Source: an uncultured Chloroflexia bacterium
Lineage (GTDB): Bacteria > Chloroflexota > Limnocylindria > QHBO01
Assembly (NCBI GenBank): GCA_963814375.1
Contig: CAWFCQ010000008.1
Span: forward strand, 288,001-352,000
DNA length: 64,000 bases
Direction: 5' to 3'
Below are positions 1-10,584 of this stretch, piece after piece. Every line of letters starts with the position of its first letter. Positions within the stretch are counted from its first letter, which is position 1. The notes beneath the pieces are model-generated. The model ran no database searches and was not told the DNA's origin. It was given only the letters and a program-made list of their open reading frames with translations. Position numbers and translations under genes: made by a program.

Positions 1-602
1 TGGACCTCACCATCGAGACCGGCATGGGCTATCGGCCCGCCGAGCACACCGAGGAGATGCCGATCGGCGTCGTCCCGGTGGACGCGATCTTCTCGCCGGT
101 GCGCCGCGTGAACTATCAGGTCGAGAAGACCCGCGTCGGCCAGATGACCAACTACGACAAGCTCACGCTCGAGATCGAGACCGACGGCACGACCACCGCG
201 CAGGCGGCACTCAGCCAGGCGGCCGACATCCTCGTTCGCGAGTTCGGCCGCTTCGCCGAGATCGGGCGGCCCGCGGTGGCCTCGGCCGACGACGCGCCGC
301 TCGCTCCCAGCGCCAATATGCTCGATGCGCCGATCGAGGAGCTCGACCTTCCGATGCGGGCGTACAACAGCCTGAAGCGCAACAGCATCACGAAGGTCGG
401 CCAGGTCCTCTCGCTCAGCGACGAAGAGTTCCTCCGCATGCGCAACTTTGGGCAGAAGAGCCTGGACGAGCTCAAGGAGCGCCTCGCGCTGCGCGGTTTC
501 ATCAGCCCCGAGTCCACCTCGATGAGCACTGACGAGTCGGACCTCCCGGCGTCGGCCGAGCTCGACGAGGCGGCCGCGGCCGAGCTCGACCGGGAGGCCT
601 AG
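1..602 (+). CDS. rpoA: RNA polymerase alpha subunit, C-terminal part (5' truncated by window)
   Basis: PVDAIFSPVRRVNY, DKLTLEIETDG, alpha-CTD IEELDLPMRAYNSLKR..RNFGQKSLDE; followed by L17. Confidence 0.98.
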   Translation, partial: DLTIETGMGYRPAEHTEEMPIGVVPVDAIFSPVRRVNYQVEKTRVGQMTNYDKLTLEIETDGTTTAQAALSQAADILVREFGRFAEIGRPAVASADDAPLAPSANMLDAPIEELDLPMRAYNSLKRNSITKVGQVLSLSDEEFLRMRNFGQKSLDELKERLALRGFISPESTSMSTDESDLPASAELDEAAAAELDREA

Positions 603-606
603 GCCG

Positions 607-960
607 ATGCCGCACCGGACCGCCGGGCGCAAGCTCAGCCGCCCGCACGCCCACAGGGTCGCCATGCTCGGCAACCTCGCCGTGGCCGTGCTGCGCTACG
701 AGCGCATCAAGACCACCGAGGCGAAGGCCAAGGAGGTCCGGGGCGTGGTGGACGGCATGATCACGCTCGCGAAGCGCGGCGACCTCCATGCGCGGCGGCA
801 GCTCATCAGCAAGATGCCGCACGAGCCGCTCATCGTCGACAAGCTGATGGGCGAGATCGCAACCAAGTACGCCGATCGCACCTCGGGATACACGCGGATC
901 ATCAAGCTCGGGCAGCGCCCCGGCGATGCCGCCCCGATCGTGCAGATCGAGCTCGTCTGA
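607..960 (+). CDS. rplQ: 50S ribosomal protein L17
   Basis: MPHRTAGRKLSR, ERIKTTEAKAKE, GYTRIIKLG..GDAAP. Confidence 0.98.
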   Translation: MPHRTAGRKLSRPHAHRVAMLGNLAVAVLRYERIKTTEAKAKEVRGVVDGMITLAKRGDLHARRQLISKMPHEPLIVDKLMGEIATKYADRTSGYTRIIKLGQRPGDAAPIVQIELV

Positions 961-997
961 AGCAGACGGGCAACCAACAGAACACCGACACGGACCG

Positions 998-1754
998 ATG
1001 GCCGCCAGGGCGCAGCGATGCGCGCGGGCGACGATCGAGTACGACGGGACGGCCTTCGCCGGCTCGCAGGTCCAGCCGAACGCTCGGACCGTGCAGGGAG
1101 AGCTGGAGGAGGCCCTTAACAGGCTGATCGGCGAGCGGATTCGCGTCCGTCTCGCCGGGCGAACCGATGCCGGGGTGCATGCCACCGGCCAGGTCGCGGC
1201 ATTCTGCTACCGAGGGGCGCTGCCCGTCGCGGGCGGCATGCCCGAGCTGCGGCGACGGCTGAATGCCGTCCTGCCGCCGGACCTGGCCGTTCGCGCGCTC
1301 GTGCTCGGCGCCTCCCGGCTTCGATCCACGGCGGTCGGCGCGCCTGCGCGTCTATCGCTATCGGATCCGGCCCGGCGGCGTCTCACGGCCGCTTGACCGG
1401 CATCGGACGCTCGAGATCGACGATCCCCTCGACGTCGGGGCCATGCAGGCCGCGGCGGCGCGAATGAAGGGGGAGCGCGACTTCGGTGCGCTCGGCAGCC
1501 ACGTCCATGGGCGGACGGTCCGCCACGTGGTCGAGCTGCACGTCACGCGTCGAGGGACGCTCGTCGAGGTTCGCGTCACGGCCGATGCGTTCCTGCGCCG
1601 AATGGTGCGCAGCATCGTCGCCGTCCTCATCGAGGTCGGTCGCGGCAGGCTTGCCCCCGAGGCGGTGGCGCGCCTCCTCGACGAGCCGGGGCGGGCCCTC
1701 CACGGTCGTGCGGCGCCCGCGCGCGGGTTGACGCTCGAGCGCATCGTCTACTGA
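998..1754 (+). CDS. truA: tRNA pseudouridine(38-40) synthase TruA; frameshift near 1300-1310 (probable sequence error)
   Basis: N-half [28 protein letters not shown] in one frame; C-half [31 protein letters not shown] in the next frame. Confidence 0.9.
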
Positions 1755-1798
1755 TCAGCCACCAGGAAAAGCCAAGGCAACACCGGAGAGCAGGGAAC

Positions 1799-2227
1799 GT
1801 GAAGACCTACGCCGTCAAGGCGAGCGAGATCGAGCGCAGCTGGTGGGTCGTCGACGCGACGGACCAGACCCTCGGCCGGCTGGCGACCCGCATCGCCACC
1901 CTGCTGGAGGGCAAGCACAAGCCGATCTACTCGCCGCACCTCGACACCGGGGACCACGTGGTGGTCCTCAACGCCGGGAAGATCCGCGTCACCGGCGACA
2001 AGCTGCGGCAGAAGAGCTACTTCCGCCACTCGAACTACCCCGGCGGCCTCCGCGAGGAGAGCCTGGGATCACTGATCGTGCGCAAGCCGGAGCTCGTCAT
2101 CGAGCGAGCCGTCAAGGGGATGCTGCCGCAGAATCGCCTCGGTCGCGCGATGTTCAAGAAGCTGAAGGTCTACAAGGGTGCGGAGCACCCCCACCAGGCG
2201 CAGCAGCCGACGACGGTCGAGCTGTAG
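1799..2227 (+). CDS. rplM: 50S ribosomal protein L13
   Basis: [39 protein letters not shown]; GTG start. Confidence 0.98.
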   Translation: MKTYAVKASEIERSWWVVDATDQTLGRLATRIATLLEGKHKPIYSPHLDTGDHVVVLNAGKIRVTGDKLRQKSYFRHSNYPGGLREESLGSLIVRKPELVIERAVKGMLPQNRLGRAMFKKLKVYKGAEHPHQAQQPTTVEL

Positions 2228-2243
2228 CGAGGAGAGAACGAAC

Positions 2244-2636
2244 GTGAGCACGAACTACGTCTACGGGACGGGCAGGCGCAAGACCGCCGTCGCGCGCGTC
2301 CGCCTCCTGCCCGGTGACGGCAGCGTCATCGTCAATGGCAAGCCGGCGGCGGAGTACTTCGGCGGCGCCTCCCCGGAGGGCGCGCTGCTCGTGCCGTTCC
2401 GCGTGACCGAGACGGAGGGTCGCTACTCGGCCAGCGTCCTCGTTGCGGGCGGCGGCGTCTCGGGGCAGGTCGGGGCCATCCGCCACGGCATCGCCCGCGC
2501 CCTCCTCAGCGCGCATCCCGACGCGCGAGCCTCGTTGCGCGAGGCGGGCCTCCTGACGCGCGATCCGCGCGCGAAGGAACGCAAGAAGTACGGGCTCAAG
2601 CGCGCCCGCAAGGCGCCGCAGTACACCAAGCGGTAG
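2244..2636 (+). CDS. rpsI: 30S ribosomal protein S9
   Basis: [45 protein letters not shown]; GTG start after GGAG. Confidence 0.98.
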   Translation: MSTNYVYGTGRRKTAVARVRLLPGDGSVIVNGKPAAEYFGGASPEGALLVPFRVTETEGRYSASVLVAGGGVSGQVGAIRHGIARALLSAHPDARASLREAGLLTRDPRAKERKKYGLKRARKAPQYTKR

Positions 2637-2671
2637 GCGGGCCGAATGCTGGGTATGCGCGTATATACTCA

Positions 2672-2736
2672 GCCGATGTAACCGCCGATGTAACACTGGG
2701 GGCCCCGGCGCTCGTCGTCGGGGCTCTTGGTATCAT
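2672..2736 (+). promoter_or_regulatory. Direct repeat GCCGATGTAAC x2 and extended -10 (TGGTATCAT) upstream of cdaA
   Basis: GCCGATGTAAC at 2672-2682 and 2684-2694; TATCAT at 2731-2736. Confidence 0.5.
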
Positions 2737-2778
2737 CGGGCACCGACCGCCGCCGCAGATGCAGGCACCGCACACACC

Positions 2779-3723
2779 GTGATCGACGCGATCCGTGAGT
2801 TCTTCGACACCTACCTGAGGGGCAGCTGGACGTCGATCATCGACATCCTGCTGGTGGCGTTCGTCATCTACTGGCTGTTCATCCTCATCCGCGGCACGCG
2901 CGCGGTGCGGATCGTCATCGGCCTGTCGATCCTGTATCTCGTCTACCTGGCCGCGATCTTCTTCGGCTTCGACCTGCTGCGACGGCTGATGGAGACCGCC
3001 GCGGTCGTCGGCCTCTTCGCGGTCGTCGTCGTCTTCCAGCCCGAGCTGCGGCGGGCGCTGGAGCAGATCGGAAGGATCGGGAGCTTCAACCGATTCTTCG
3101 TCAGCGCCGAGGTGGCCGGCGCCGAGCGCGTGGCGCGCGAGATCAGCCGCGCCGCCCGCATCCTGGCTGGCTCTCGGCACGGCGCGCTCATCACGCTGGA
3201 ACGCGAGACGGGCCTCACCGATCTCGCCACCGAGTCCGGCGTGCCGGTGCACGCCGACCTCCGCGCCGAGCTGCTCGTCACGATCTTCTACCGAGGCACC
3301 GCCCTGCACGATGGCGCGGTCATCATCTCGGGCGAGGAGATCACCGCGGCCGGCGTGCTCCTGCCCATGAGCCAGAGCGCACTCGACAGCGAGCGGTACG
3401 GCACGCGCCACCGGGCGGCGATCGGCATCAGCGAGCAGACCGACGCCGTCGTCGTGGTGGTCAGCGAGGAGACCGGCTCCATCAGCCTCGTCGTGCGCGG
3501 GCGCATCGAGCGCAACCTGACCGAGGAGCAGCTCCGGCGCAGGATCTTCAACCTCATCCGACCCCAGACCCCGAGACGGGCCGTGCCCTTCCTTCGACGC
3601 ACGCTCGACGGCAGGTGGCACCTCGGAACGCCCGAGCCCGAGCCGGCCGCCGATGAGCCGATCGACCCAGATGCGCGCGTCGTGACAGGCGCCGCCACCG
3701 ATTCCGGCTCGGTGAGGCGCTGA
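2779..3723 (+). CDS. cdaA: Diadenylate cyclase CdaA/DacA (3 TM + DAC domain)
   Basis: VVVFQPELRRALE, LHDGAVII, GTRHRAAIG, VVVVSEETG. Confidence 0.96.
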   Translation: MIDAIREFFDTYLRGSWTSIIDILLVAFVIYWLFILIRGTRAVRIVIGLSILYLVYLAAIFFGFDLLRRLMETAAVVGLFAVVVVFQPELRRALEQIGRIGSFNRFFVSAEVAGAERVAREISRAARILAGSRHGALITLERETGLTDLATESGVPVHADLRAELLVTIFYRGTALHDGAVIISGEEITAAGVLLPMSQSALDSERYGTRHRAAIGISEQTDAVVVVVSEETGSISLVVRGRIERNLTEEQLRRRIFNLIRPQTPRRAVPFLRRTLDGRWHLGTPEPEPAADEPIDPDARVVTGAATDSGSVRR

Positions 3724-3725
3724 GA

Positions 3726-4970
3726 GTGGGGATCCTCCTTCGCAACTGGCACCTCAAGCTCTCGGCAATCCTCCTCGCCACCATCCTCTACACCGGCCTC
3801 GTCTACTCCGGCTCGTTCAGTGAGTCAACGCTCGAGGTTCGCATCGAGCAGGTGAACGCCTCGGGGGACGTGTTCGTGCTCAGCGGCGATCCCGGCGTGG
3901 TCGAGGTGACGTACCGGGTCGCGAACGAGGAGGCCGGAGGTGTCTTGCCGACGGATTTCGCCGCGCAGGTGGACCTCTCTGCCTACGACATGACGCAGGC
4001 GCCGGAGCCGCAGCAGCTGCCCGTCGACGTGAGCAGCCTGAGGGAGGGGATCGAGGTGATCTCGATCGCCCCGGAAACGGTGCGAGTCCAGCTCGACGCC
4101 GTCGAGACGCGGAGCGTCCCGGTCGAGGTCGATCCGGGCGTCGTTCCTGCCGGGCTGGAGATCGACGATCCCGTCGTCAGCGCTGACGAGGTCGAGGTGC
4201 GCGGGCCCGCATCAGTGGTCAGCCAGGTCGACCGGGCGCGCGCGCTCGTCAACATTCCGGCCTCCGGGATCGACGTCAACGAGTCCGTGCCGCTGACGCT
4301 CGTTGATCTCGAGGGGCAGTCACTCGGAACCGGCCAGGTCGAGCTGGATCCGGAGGCCGTATCGGTCCAGGTCGAGGTTCGGGCGGTCGAGACGCAGACG
4401 ACCGTAGCCGTGCGGCCGACCATCCAGCCCGGTGCGCCGGCCCCGGGCTTTGCGCTCGAGTCCCTCAGCGTGGATCCCTCATCCGTCACGATCGTGGGCC
4501 TGCCGGAGGACCTCGCCGAGATCCAGGCCGTGCAGACCGCCCCGATCAGCTTCGACGGCGCATCGGCGGATCAGACCTTCGAGGTCGAGCTCCAGCTGCC
4601 CGACGGCGTCAGCCTCGCGGACGGCGAGGTCGCGACCGTCACCGTCGTTGCGACGATCGTACCGTCGGTCTCGAGCCGGACGTTCGTCGTCGGTGTCGTG
4701 TGCGAGGGAGCGGGCGAGAACGCCTGCGTCCCGGGCCTCGATCAGCTGACGCTTACCCTCAGCGGTGCTGGAGCGGCGCTCGGCGGGCTGAGCGCGGCCG
4801 ATGTGACGCCGGTGCTGGACGCGTCGGGGCTCGCTCCCGGCGCCCACTCGTTGACGCCCACCATCGTGGGCCTGCCCGCCGGCGTCGAGGTGCTCGCCAT
4901 CACTCCGGGCTCCGTGCCGGTCACGATCGTCGCGCCGGCGCCGCCACCCACCCCGTCTCCCGCGCCGTAG
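3726..4970 (+). CDS. cdaR: CdaR/YbbR-like regulator of diadenylate cyclase
   Basis: N-terminal NWHLKLSAILLA TM, repeated YbbR-like beta domains (VEVRGPASVV, VTIVG); between cdaA and glmM. Confidence 0.9.
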   Translation: MGILLRNWHLKLSAILLATILYTGLVYSGSFSESTLEVRIEQVNASGDVFVLSGDPGVVEVTYRVANEEAGGVLPTDFAAQVDLSAYDMTQAPEPQQLPVDVSSLREGIEVISIAPETVRVQLDAVETRSVPVEVDPGVVPAGLEIDDPVVSADEVEVRGPASVVSQVDRARALVNIPASGIDVNESVPLTLVDLEGQSLGTGQVELDPEAVSVQVEVRAVETQTTVAVRPTIQPGAPAPGFALESLSVDPSSVTIVGLPEDLAEIQAVQTAPISFDGASADQTFEVELQLPDGVSLADGEVATVTVVATIVPSVSSRTFVVGVVCEGAGENACVPGLDQLTLTLSGAGAALGGLSAADVTPVLDASGLAPGAHSLTPTIVGLPAGVEVLAITPGSVPVTIVAPAPPPTPSPAP

Positions 4971-6299
4971 ATGGCAGGCCGCTTCGGCACGGACGGGATC
5001 AGGGGACCGGTAGGCTCCGAGATCAACGCGCCCCTGGCGCTGGCGCTGGGGCGCGCGGTCGGCCATCGCTTGGCCGGACCGAATCGCAGTGTCGTCCTCG
5101 GTCGCGACACACGCCGATCGGGGGAGATGCTGTCGGCGGCGCTCACGGCGGGCCTCGCCGCAACGGGGACCGACGTGGTCGACCTCGGCATCGTCACCAC
5201 GCCCTGCCTGGTCCACGCCAGCGCCGACGACCGTGTGTCTGCCGGGATCATGGTCTCCGCCTCGCACAATCCGGCGGGTGACAACGGCCTGAAGGTCGTC
5301 GTCGCCGGTCGCAAGGCGGAGGACGCGATCGAGGCTGAGCTCGATCGGCTCATCGACGACCCATCGCCCATCGGCGAGCGCCCGAACCACGAGCTCGGCC
5401 GTCTTCGGACCGATACCGACGCGATCGAGGCCTACCGCCGTCATCTGGCCGCCATCGCGGGGGACGCGCTTCGCGGGCTGCGCATCGGGATCGACTGCGC
5501 CAACGGCTCCGCCAGCGCCGTTGCGCCGGACCTGTTCCGCAGCCTCGGCGCGGATCTGACGGTCCTCTTCGATGCCCCGAACGGGGTGAACATCAACGAC
5601 GGGTGCGGTTCGACCCATCCGGAGCTCCTGGCCGACACGGTATCCGCCGCTGGCCTCGACCTCGGCCTGGCGTTCGACGGCGACGCCGACCGCCTCATCG
5701 CCGTGGACGAACGGGGTGGGCTCGTCGACGGTGACGCGGTGATGGGGATCTGCGCGCTCGAACGGCTCGGTACGGGGACGCTCCGAAACAACCTGCTCGT
5801 GACGACCGTGATGAGCAACGGCGGCCTCGAGCGAGCCGTGCGGCAGGCGGGAGGCCGGATCGTTCGCACGCCGGTCGGCGACCGCCACGTGTTCGAGGCG
5901 ATGGAGCGTGACGATGCCGTGCTGGGCGGGGAGCAGTCGGGCCACATCATCTTCCGCGACCGATCGACGACCGGTGATGGGCTCCTCACCGCCATCGAGC
6001 TCGTTCGCGCACTTCGCCTGGCGAAGGAGCCGCTGTCCGAGCTCGCCGCGCGTATCCCGAGGCTTCCGCAGGTGGTGATAAACTCAGCCGTCCGTCGCCG
6101 GGACGACTGGCAGCGCGACGTCGAGTTCGTCGCCGCCGTCGATCGCGCCACGGAGCTTATGGCGGATCGCGGGCGCGTGCTCGTCCGGCCGTCCGGCACC
6201 GAGCCCAAGATCCGGATCATGGTCGAGGGCGACGATGCCAGCGAGATCGAACGCATCGCCCGGGAGCTCGCGACGCTCGCCGAGGCGCGATTCAACTAG
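4971..6299 (+). CDS. glmM: Phosphoglucosamine mutase
   Basis: FGTDGIRG, SASHNP, AFDGDADR, GGEQSGH, RPSGTEP. Confidence 0.97.
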   Translation: MAGRFGTDGIRGPVGSEINAPLALALGRAVGHRLAGPNRSVVLGRDTRRSGEMLSAALTAGLAATGTDVVDLGIVTTPCLVHASADDRVSAGIMVSASHNPAGDNGLKVVVAGRKAEDAIEAELDRLIDDPSPIGERPNHELGRLRTDTDAIEAYRRHLAAIAGDALRGLRIGIDCANGSASAVAPDLFRSLGADLTVLFDAPNGVNINDGCGSTHPELLADTVSAAGLDLGLAFDGDADRLIAVDERGGLVDGDAVMGICALERLGTGTLRNNLLVTTVMSNGGLERAVRQAGGRIVRTPVGDRHVFEAMERDDAVLGGEQSGHIIFRDRSTTGDGLLTAIELVRALRLAKEPLSELAARIPRLPQVVINSAVRRRDDWQRDVEFVAAVDRATELMADRGRVLVRPSGTEPKIRIMVEGDDASEIERIARELATLAEARFN

Positions 6300-6325
6300 C
6301 GTCGGGGACGCTCGAGGAGGGATTC

Positions 6326-8155
6326 ATGTGCGGCATCGTCGGATACGTCGGGCCGCGTGACGCCGCCCCGATCCTGATCGAGGGCCTGCGGCGCCTCGAG
6401 TACCGCGGCTATGACTCGGCCGGGATCGCGGTCCTCACCGATGACGGACAGGTCTTCATCGAGAAGAAGGCCGGCAAGCTCAACAACCTCACCGATCACC
6501 TCAACGGTGACGCGCCGGCCGGGCATCCGGGCATCGGCCACACCCGCTGGGCGACGCACGGGCAGCCGAACGACACGAATGCCCATCCGCACACCGATTG
6601 CAGCGGCAAGCTGGCGCTGATCCACAACGGGATCATCGAGAACTACGCGGAGATCAAGGGCCGCCTCGCAGCCGCCGGCCACCGATTCACCAGCGAGACC
6701 GACACCGAGGTCCTCGCCCACCTGATCGAGACGAAGTACCGTGGCGACCTTGTCGAGGCGGTGCGCGAGGCCCTCAACGAGGTGCGCGGGGCATACGCCA
6801 TCGGCGTCATGCACACCGATCACCCGGACCGGATCGTTGGCGCGCGGATGAACGTGCCGCTCATCGTGGGGCTCGGCCAAGGGGAGGGGTTCCTCGCCAG
6901 CGACGTGCCGGCCATCCTCGAGCACACGAAGAACGTCGTCATCCTGCACGAGGGCGACATCGCGGATGTCACGCCTGACGGCACGCGCATCCTCTCCCTC
7001 GACGGCACCGAGGTTCAGCGCGACGTCACCGAGATCCACTGGAACATCGAGGCGGCCGAGAAGGGTGGGTTCGCCCATTTCACGCTCAAGGAGATCTACG
7101 AGCAGCCGCACGCCATCCAGGAGTGCCTTCGCGGCCGGATCGACCCCGCCGGCGCCGTGACGCTCAGCGAGCTGGACGAGATCGCCGACAAGCTCCAGCG
7201 CGCCGAGCGGGTCTACATCGTCGGGTGCGGGACGGCCAGCTACGCGGCTCACGTCGCGGCCTATCTCATCCAGGACTGGGTCGGCCTGCCGGCCACGATG
7301 CAGATCGGATCGGAGATGCGGTACAGCCCTCCGCCGATCGATGAGAAGACGCTCGTCATCGGCGTCAGCCAGTCCGGGGAGACGGCAGACACGCTGGCCC
7401 CGCTGCGGCTTGCCCAGGAGCGTGGGGCGACGATCCTCGTCGTCACCAACGTGGTCGGCAGCGCGATCACCCGCGAGGCCGATGCCGTCTGCTACCTCCA
7501 GGCCGGGCCGGAGATCGCCGTGGCCAGCACGAAGGCGTTCGTGACGCAGGTCCTCGTGCTCCAGATGATCGCGCTGCACCTGGCGCGGATGCGTGGCACG
7601 CTTTCCGACAGCCAGCTCCGCACCTTCGGCCAGGCGCTGCGCAGCCTCCCGCGACTGGCGGCCGAGACCCTGACCCTCGCGCCGCAGATCAAGAAGCTGG
7701 CGCAGCAGTACGCGCGCGTGCGGGACTTCATCTTCATCGGCCGAGGCGTCGGCTTCCCGATCGCGATGGAAGGAGCGCTGAAGCTCAAGGAGCTCAGCTA
7801 TGTGCACGCCGAGGGCTACGCCGCGGGCGAGCTCAAGCACGGCCCGATCGCGCTGCTCGACCCGGATACCCCGCTGGTGGCCATCGCGACGGCGGGATCG
7901 GTGTACGACAAGGTCGCGAGCAACGTTGCGGAGGCGCGTGCCCGCTCGGCGCCGATCATCGCGATCGCGACCCAGGGCGACGACCAGATCGACCATTACG
8001 CCCATGACGTGATCTACGTCCCCGAGACACCGGAGCCGATCAGCCCCGTCATCGCCGTGCTGCCGCTCCAGCTGCTCGCCTACGAGGTGGCGGTGGCCCG
8101 CGGCACCGATGTCGACCAGCCGCGGAACCTCGCCAAGTCGGTCACGGTCGAATAG
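6326..8155 (+). CDS. glmS: Glutamine--fructose-6-phosphate transaminase
   Basis: MCGIVGY, LEYRGYDSAG, GHTRWATHG, SQSGETADT, PRNLAKSVTVE. Confidence 0.99.
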   Translation: MCGIVGYVGPRDAAPILIEGLRRLEYRGYDSAGIAVLTDDGQVFIEKKAGKLNNLTDHLNGDAPAGHPGIGHTRWATHGQPNDTNAHPHTDCSGKLALIHNGIIENYAEIKGRLAAAGHRFTSETDTEVLAHLIETKYRGDLVEAVREALNEVRGAYAIGVMHTDHPDRIVGARMNVPLIVGLGQGEGFLASDVPAILEHTKNVVILHEGDIADVTPDGTRILSLDGTEVQRDVTEIHWNIEAAEKGGFAHFTLKEIYEQPHAIQECLRGRIDPAGAVTLSELDEIADKLQRAERVYIVGCGTASYAAHVAAYLIQDWVGLPATMQIGSEMRYSPPPIDEKTLVIGVSQSGETADTLAPLRLAQERGATILVVTNVVGSAITREADAVCYLQAGPEIAVASTKAFVTQVLVLQMIALHLARMRGTLSDSQLRTFGQALRSLPRLAAETLTLAPQIKKLAQQYARVRDFIFIGRGVGFPIAMEGALKLKELSYVHAEGYAAGELKHGPIALLDPDTPLVAIATAGSVYDKVASNVAEARARSAPIIAIATQGDDQIDHYAHDVIYVPETPEPISPVIAVLPLQLLAYEVAVARGTDVDQPRNLAKSVTVE

Positions 8156-8162
8156 CGCGCCG

Positions 8163-8540
8163 ATGAGCCGGCATGAGATCGGGGTCGACCTGATCGACAT
8201 CGATCGGATCGTCGGCGTCCTCGGTCGATTTCCCGATCGGTTCCGCCTCCGGGTGCTGACCGAGGGCGAGCAGCGCTACGTCGGGCGCAGGGTCGAGCGC
8301 ATCGCGGGTCGCTGGGCGGCGAAGGAAGCGATCAGCAAGGTGCTCGGCCTCGGCGTCCGCGGTGTCGGATGGCGCGAGATCGAGATCCTGCCCAACTACG
8401 CCGGCCAGCCGCAGGTGCTCCTCCATGGCCGCGCCGCCCGACGCGCCGAGGCGATGGAGCTCGACGAGGTGAGCGTCTCCATCTCTCACGAGCGGCACAT
8501 GGCCGTCGCCGTCGCCGTCGCCCATCGCCGTCACGGGTAG
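8163..8540 (+). CDS. acpS: Holo-ACP synthase
   Basis: IGVDLIDIDRI, AGRWAAKEA, VSISHE. Confidence 0.95.
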   Translation: MSRHEIGVDLIDIDRIVGVLGRFPDRFRLRVLTEGEQRYVGRRVERIAGRWAAKEAISKVLGLGVRGVGWREIEILPNYAGQPQVLLHGRAARRAEAMELDEVSVSISHERHMAVAVAVAHRRHG

Positions 8541-8543
8541 CCA

Positions 8544-9449
8544 ATGGTCGGCAACGGGCCCCGCTCGATCACGCAACGGTGGGTGGCGAACCGCCTGCCG
8601 CCCCGGCCCGAGCGTGCGCACAAGGGCGACTTCGGCCGCGTCCTCGTCGTCGGCGGGTCGATCGACTATCCCGGCGCCGCGCTCCTCGCCGGCCTCGGCG
8701 CCATGCGTGCGGGAGCCGGTGTCGTCCGCGTGGCGGCTGCGGAGTCGGTCGCCGCGCGGCTGGCGGGCGCGGTGCCCGAGCTGACGTGGATGGCGCTCGA
8801 CGAGGAAGCGCCCGGTCTCATCGCGCCCGGCGGATGGCGCCATGTAACGGCCGAGGCCGCCGAGCACGACGCCCTGGTGATCGGTCCGGGTCTCGGTCGG
8901 GTGCCGGGAACGGCACGGCGCACGCGAGCGCTGATCGCGACGCTGACCGGACCTGCGGTGATCGACGCTGACGGCCTGAATGCCCTGGCCGACGGCAGCC
9001 GCTGGTGGCAGGGCCTCCGCGCGTCGTTGGTCCTGACTCCGCACCCGGGCGAGTTCGCGCGGCTGATCGACGGTCCCGGCCCCGACAGCGCGGACGATGC
9101 GAGCCGCGCCGAGGCCGCAGCGGCCGCGTCGAGACAGTGGGACCAGGTGGTGGTCCTCAAGGGCGCGCGCAGCGTGGTGGCCGGGCCATCGGGCGACGTG
9201 CTGCGGTCGGACGTCGCAACGGCCGCCCTCGCGACCGCGGGGAGCGGCGACATCCTGGCCGGCGTGATCGGCGCGTTCCTCGCCTCCGGAACCTCTGCGC
9301 TCGAGGCGGCCGCCTGCGGGGTCGCGGTCCACGGTGCGGCCGGGCTGCTCGCCGCCGAGCGAATCGGGAGCGCCGGCGTGATGGCGAGCGACCTTGCGGC
9401 GCTGGTGCCGGAGGCGATCGCCCAGCTGCGCGGGGACCGCGGCGGGTGA
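8544..9449 (+). CDS. nnrD: ADP-dependent NAD(P)H-hydrate dehydratase (stand-alone YjeF C domain)
   Basis: HKGDFGRVLVVGGS, VIGPGLG, VIDADGLN, LTPHPGEF, LATAGSGDIL. Confidence 0.93.
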   Translation: MVGNGPRSITQRWVANRLPPRPERAHKGDFGRVLVVGGSIDYPGAALLAGLGAMRAGAGVVRVAAAESVAARLAGAVPELTWMALDEEAPGLIAPGGWRHVTAEAAEHDALVIGPGLGRVPGTARRTRALIATLTGPAVIDADGLNALADGSRWWQGLRASLVLTPHPGEFARLIDGPGPDSADDASRAEAAAAASRQWDQVVVLKGARSVVAGPSGDVLRSDVATAALATAGSGDILAGVIGAFLASGTSALEAAACGVAVHGAAGLLAAERIGSAGVMASDLAALVPEAIAQLRGDRGG

Positions 9450-10567
9450 CCTCGGCCCGCAGCCCGCACCGAGCCTGGGTCGAGATCGATCACGTCGCGA
9501 TTCGAGCCAACCTGCACGCGATCCGCGAGCGAGCACCAGGCAACGAGGTGATCGGGGTCGTCAAGGCCAACGCGTACGGCCACGGCGACGTGGCGGTGGC
9601 TCGAACGCTGCTCGGAGCCGGTGTCGAGCGGCTCGCCGTCGCAACGGTCGACGAGGCCATTCGGCTGCGTGCCGAGGGAATCGCCGCCCCGATCCTGGTC
9701 CTCTGGGCGGTTGGCCCGTCGGAGGCGGCGGCGATCGCCGAGGCAGACCTCGAGCCGGTCGTCACTGACGCGCTCGGCGTCGACCTGCTCGAGGCCGCAG
9801 CGGGGCGGGGCCGAATCCGCGTTCATCTCAAGGTCGATACCGGCCTCGGGCGCCAGGGAGTGGAACCGCAGTCGGCGCTCGAGCTGGCCGCGCGCATCGC
9901 CCGCAGCCCGCGGCTGGCCCTGGCCGGCACGATGAGCCACCTTGCCGTCCCGGGAGAGGACGACGCCTACACCGAGGTCCAGCTGCTGCGCCTGGCCCAG
10001 GTCCTCGACGCGATGCGCTCGGCGGGCATCGATCCCGGGCTCGTCCACGTGAGCGCAACCGGCGGAATCATCGCCGGCAGCGTCGCGTTCTCCGGCGCCA
10101 TCCGACCAGGCCTGTCGCTCTACGGGCTCCTGCCGGCCTGGGCGTCCGCCGACCTGGTGCTGCGTCCCGCGCTTTCGGTGAAGGCGCTGCCGCTCCGCAT
10201 CTTCGACCTCCCCGCGGGCACCCCGATCGGCTACGGCCTGCGCTACCGCGCAGCGCGCGACACGCGTATCGCGACGCTGGGCATCGGCTACGGCGACGGC
10301 TGGCCGAGGTCGCACGCGAACAACGGCTGGGCGCTGGTCGGAGGGCGGCGCGTGCCCATCGTGGGAGCGGTGAGCATGGATGGGCTGACCGTCGAAGTCG
10401 GCGATGTGCCTGGTGTAACCTACGGCGACGAATTCGTGCTCATCGGTGAGCAGGACGGGGTGCGAATCACCGCGGAGGAGGTCGCCGAGGAGCGCCGGAC
10501 GATCAACTACGAGGTCACGACCGCGCTGCGCGGGCGCCTTCCTCGGCTTCACCTCGGAGCGGACTGA
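9446..10567 (+). CDS. alr: Alanine racemase
   Basis: VVKANAYGHG, HLKVDTG, IRPGLSLYG, GYGDG, INYEVT; GTGA overlap with nnrD. Confidence 0.96.
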   Translation: MTSARSPHRAWVEIDHVAIRANLHAIRERAPGNEVIGVVKANAYGHGDVAVARTLLGAGVERLAVATVDEAIRLRAEGIAAPILVLWAVGPSEAAAIAEADLEPVVTDALGVDLLEAAAGRGRIRVHLKVDTGLGRQGVEPQSALELAARIARSPRLALAGTMSHLAVPGEDDAYTEVQLLRLAQVLDAMRSAGIDPGLVHVSATGGIIAGSVAFSGAIRPGLSLYGLLPAWASADLVLRPALSVKALPLRIFDLPAGTPIGYGLRYRAARDTRIATLGIGYGDGWPRSHANNGWALVGGRRVPIVGAVSMDGLTVEVGDVPGVTYGDEFVLIGEQDGVRITAEEVAEERRTINYEVTTALRGRLPRLHLGAD

Positions 10568-10584
10568 CGGAGCCGCCGGATCGG

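Noticed and set aside
6300-6325. glmS ribozyme upstream of glmS
   Set aside because: Only 26 nt between glmM and glmS; no room and no motif.
6296-8200. Long antisense ORFs (this one, 31074-33155, 18516-20384 and others)
   Set aside because: Shadow ORFs expected opposite high-GC genes; no recognisable motifs.
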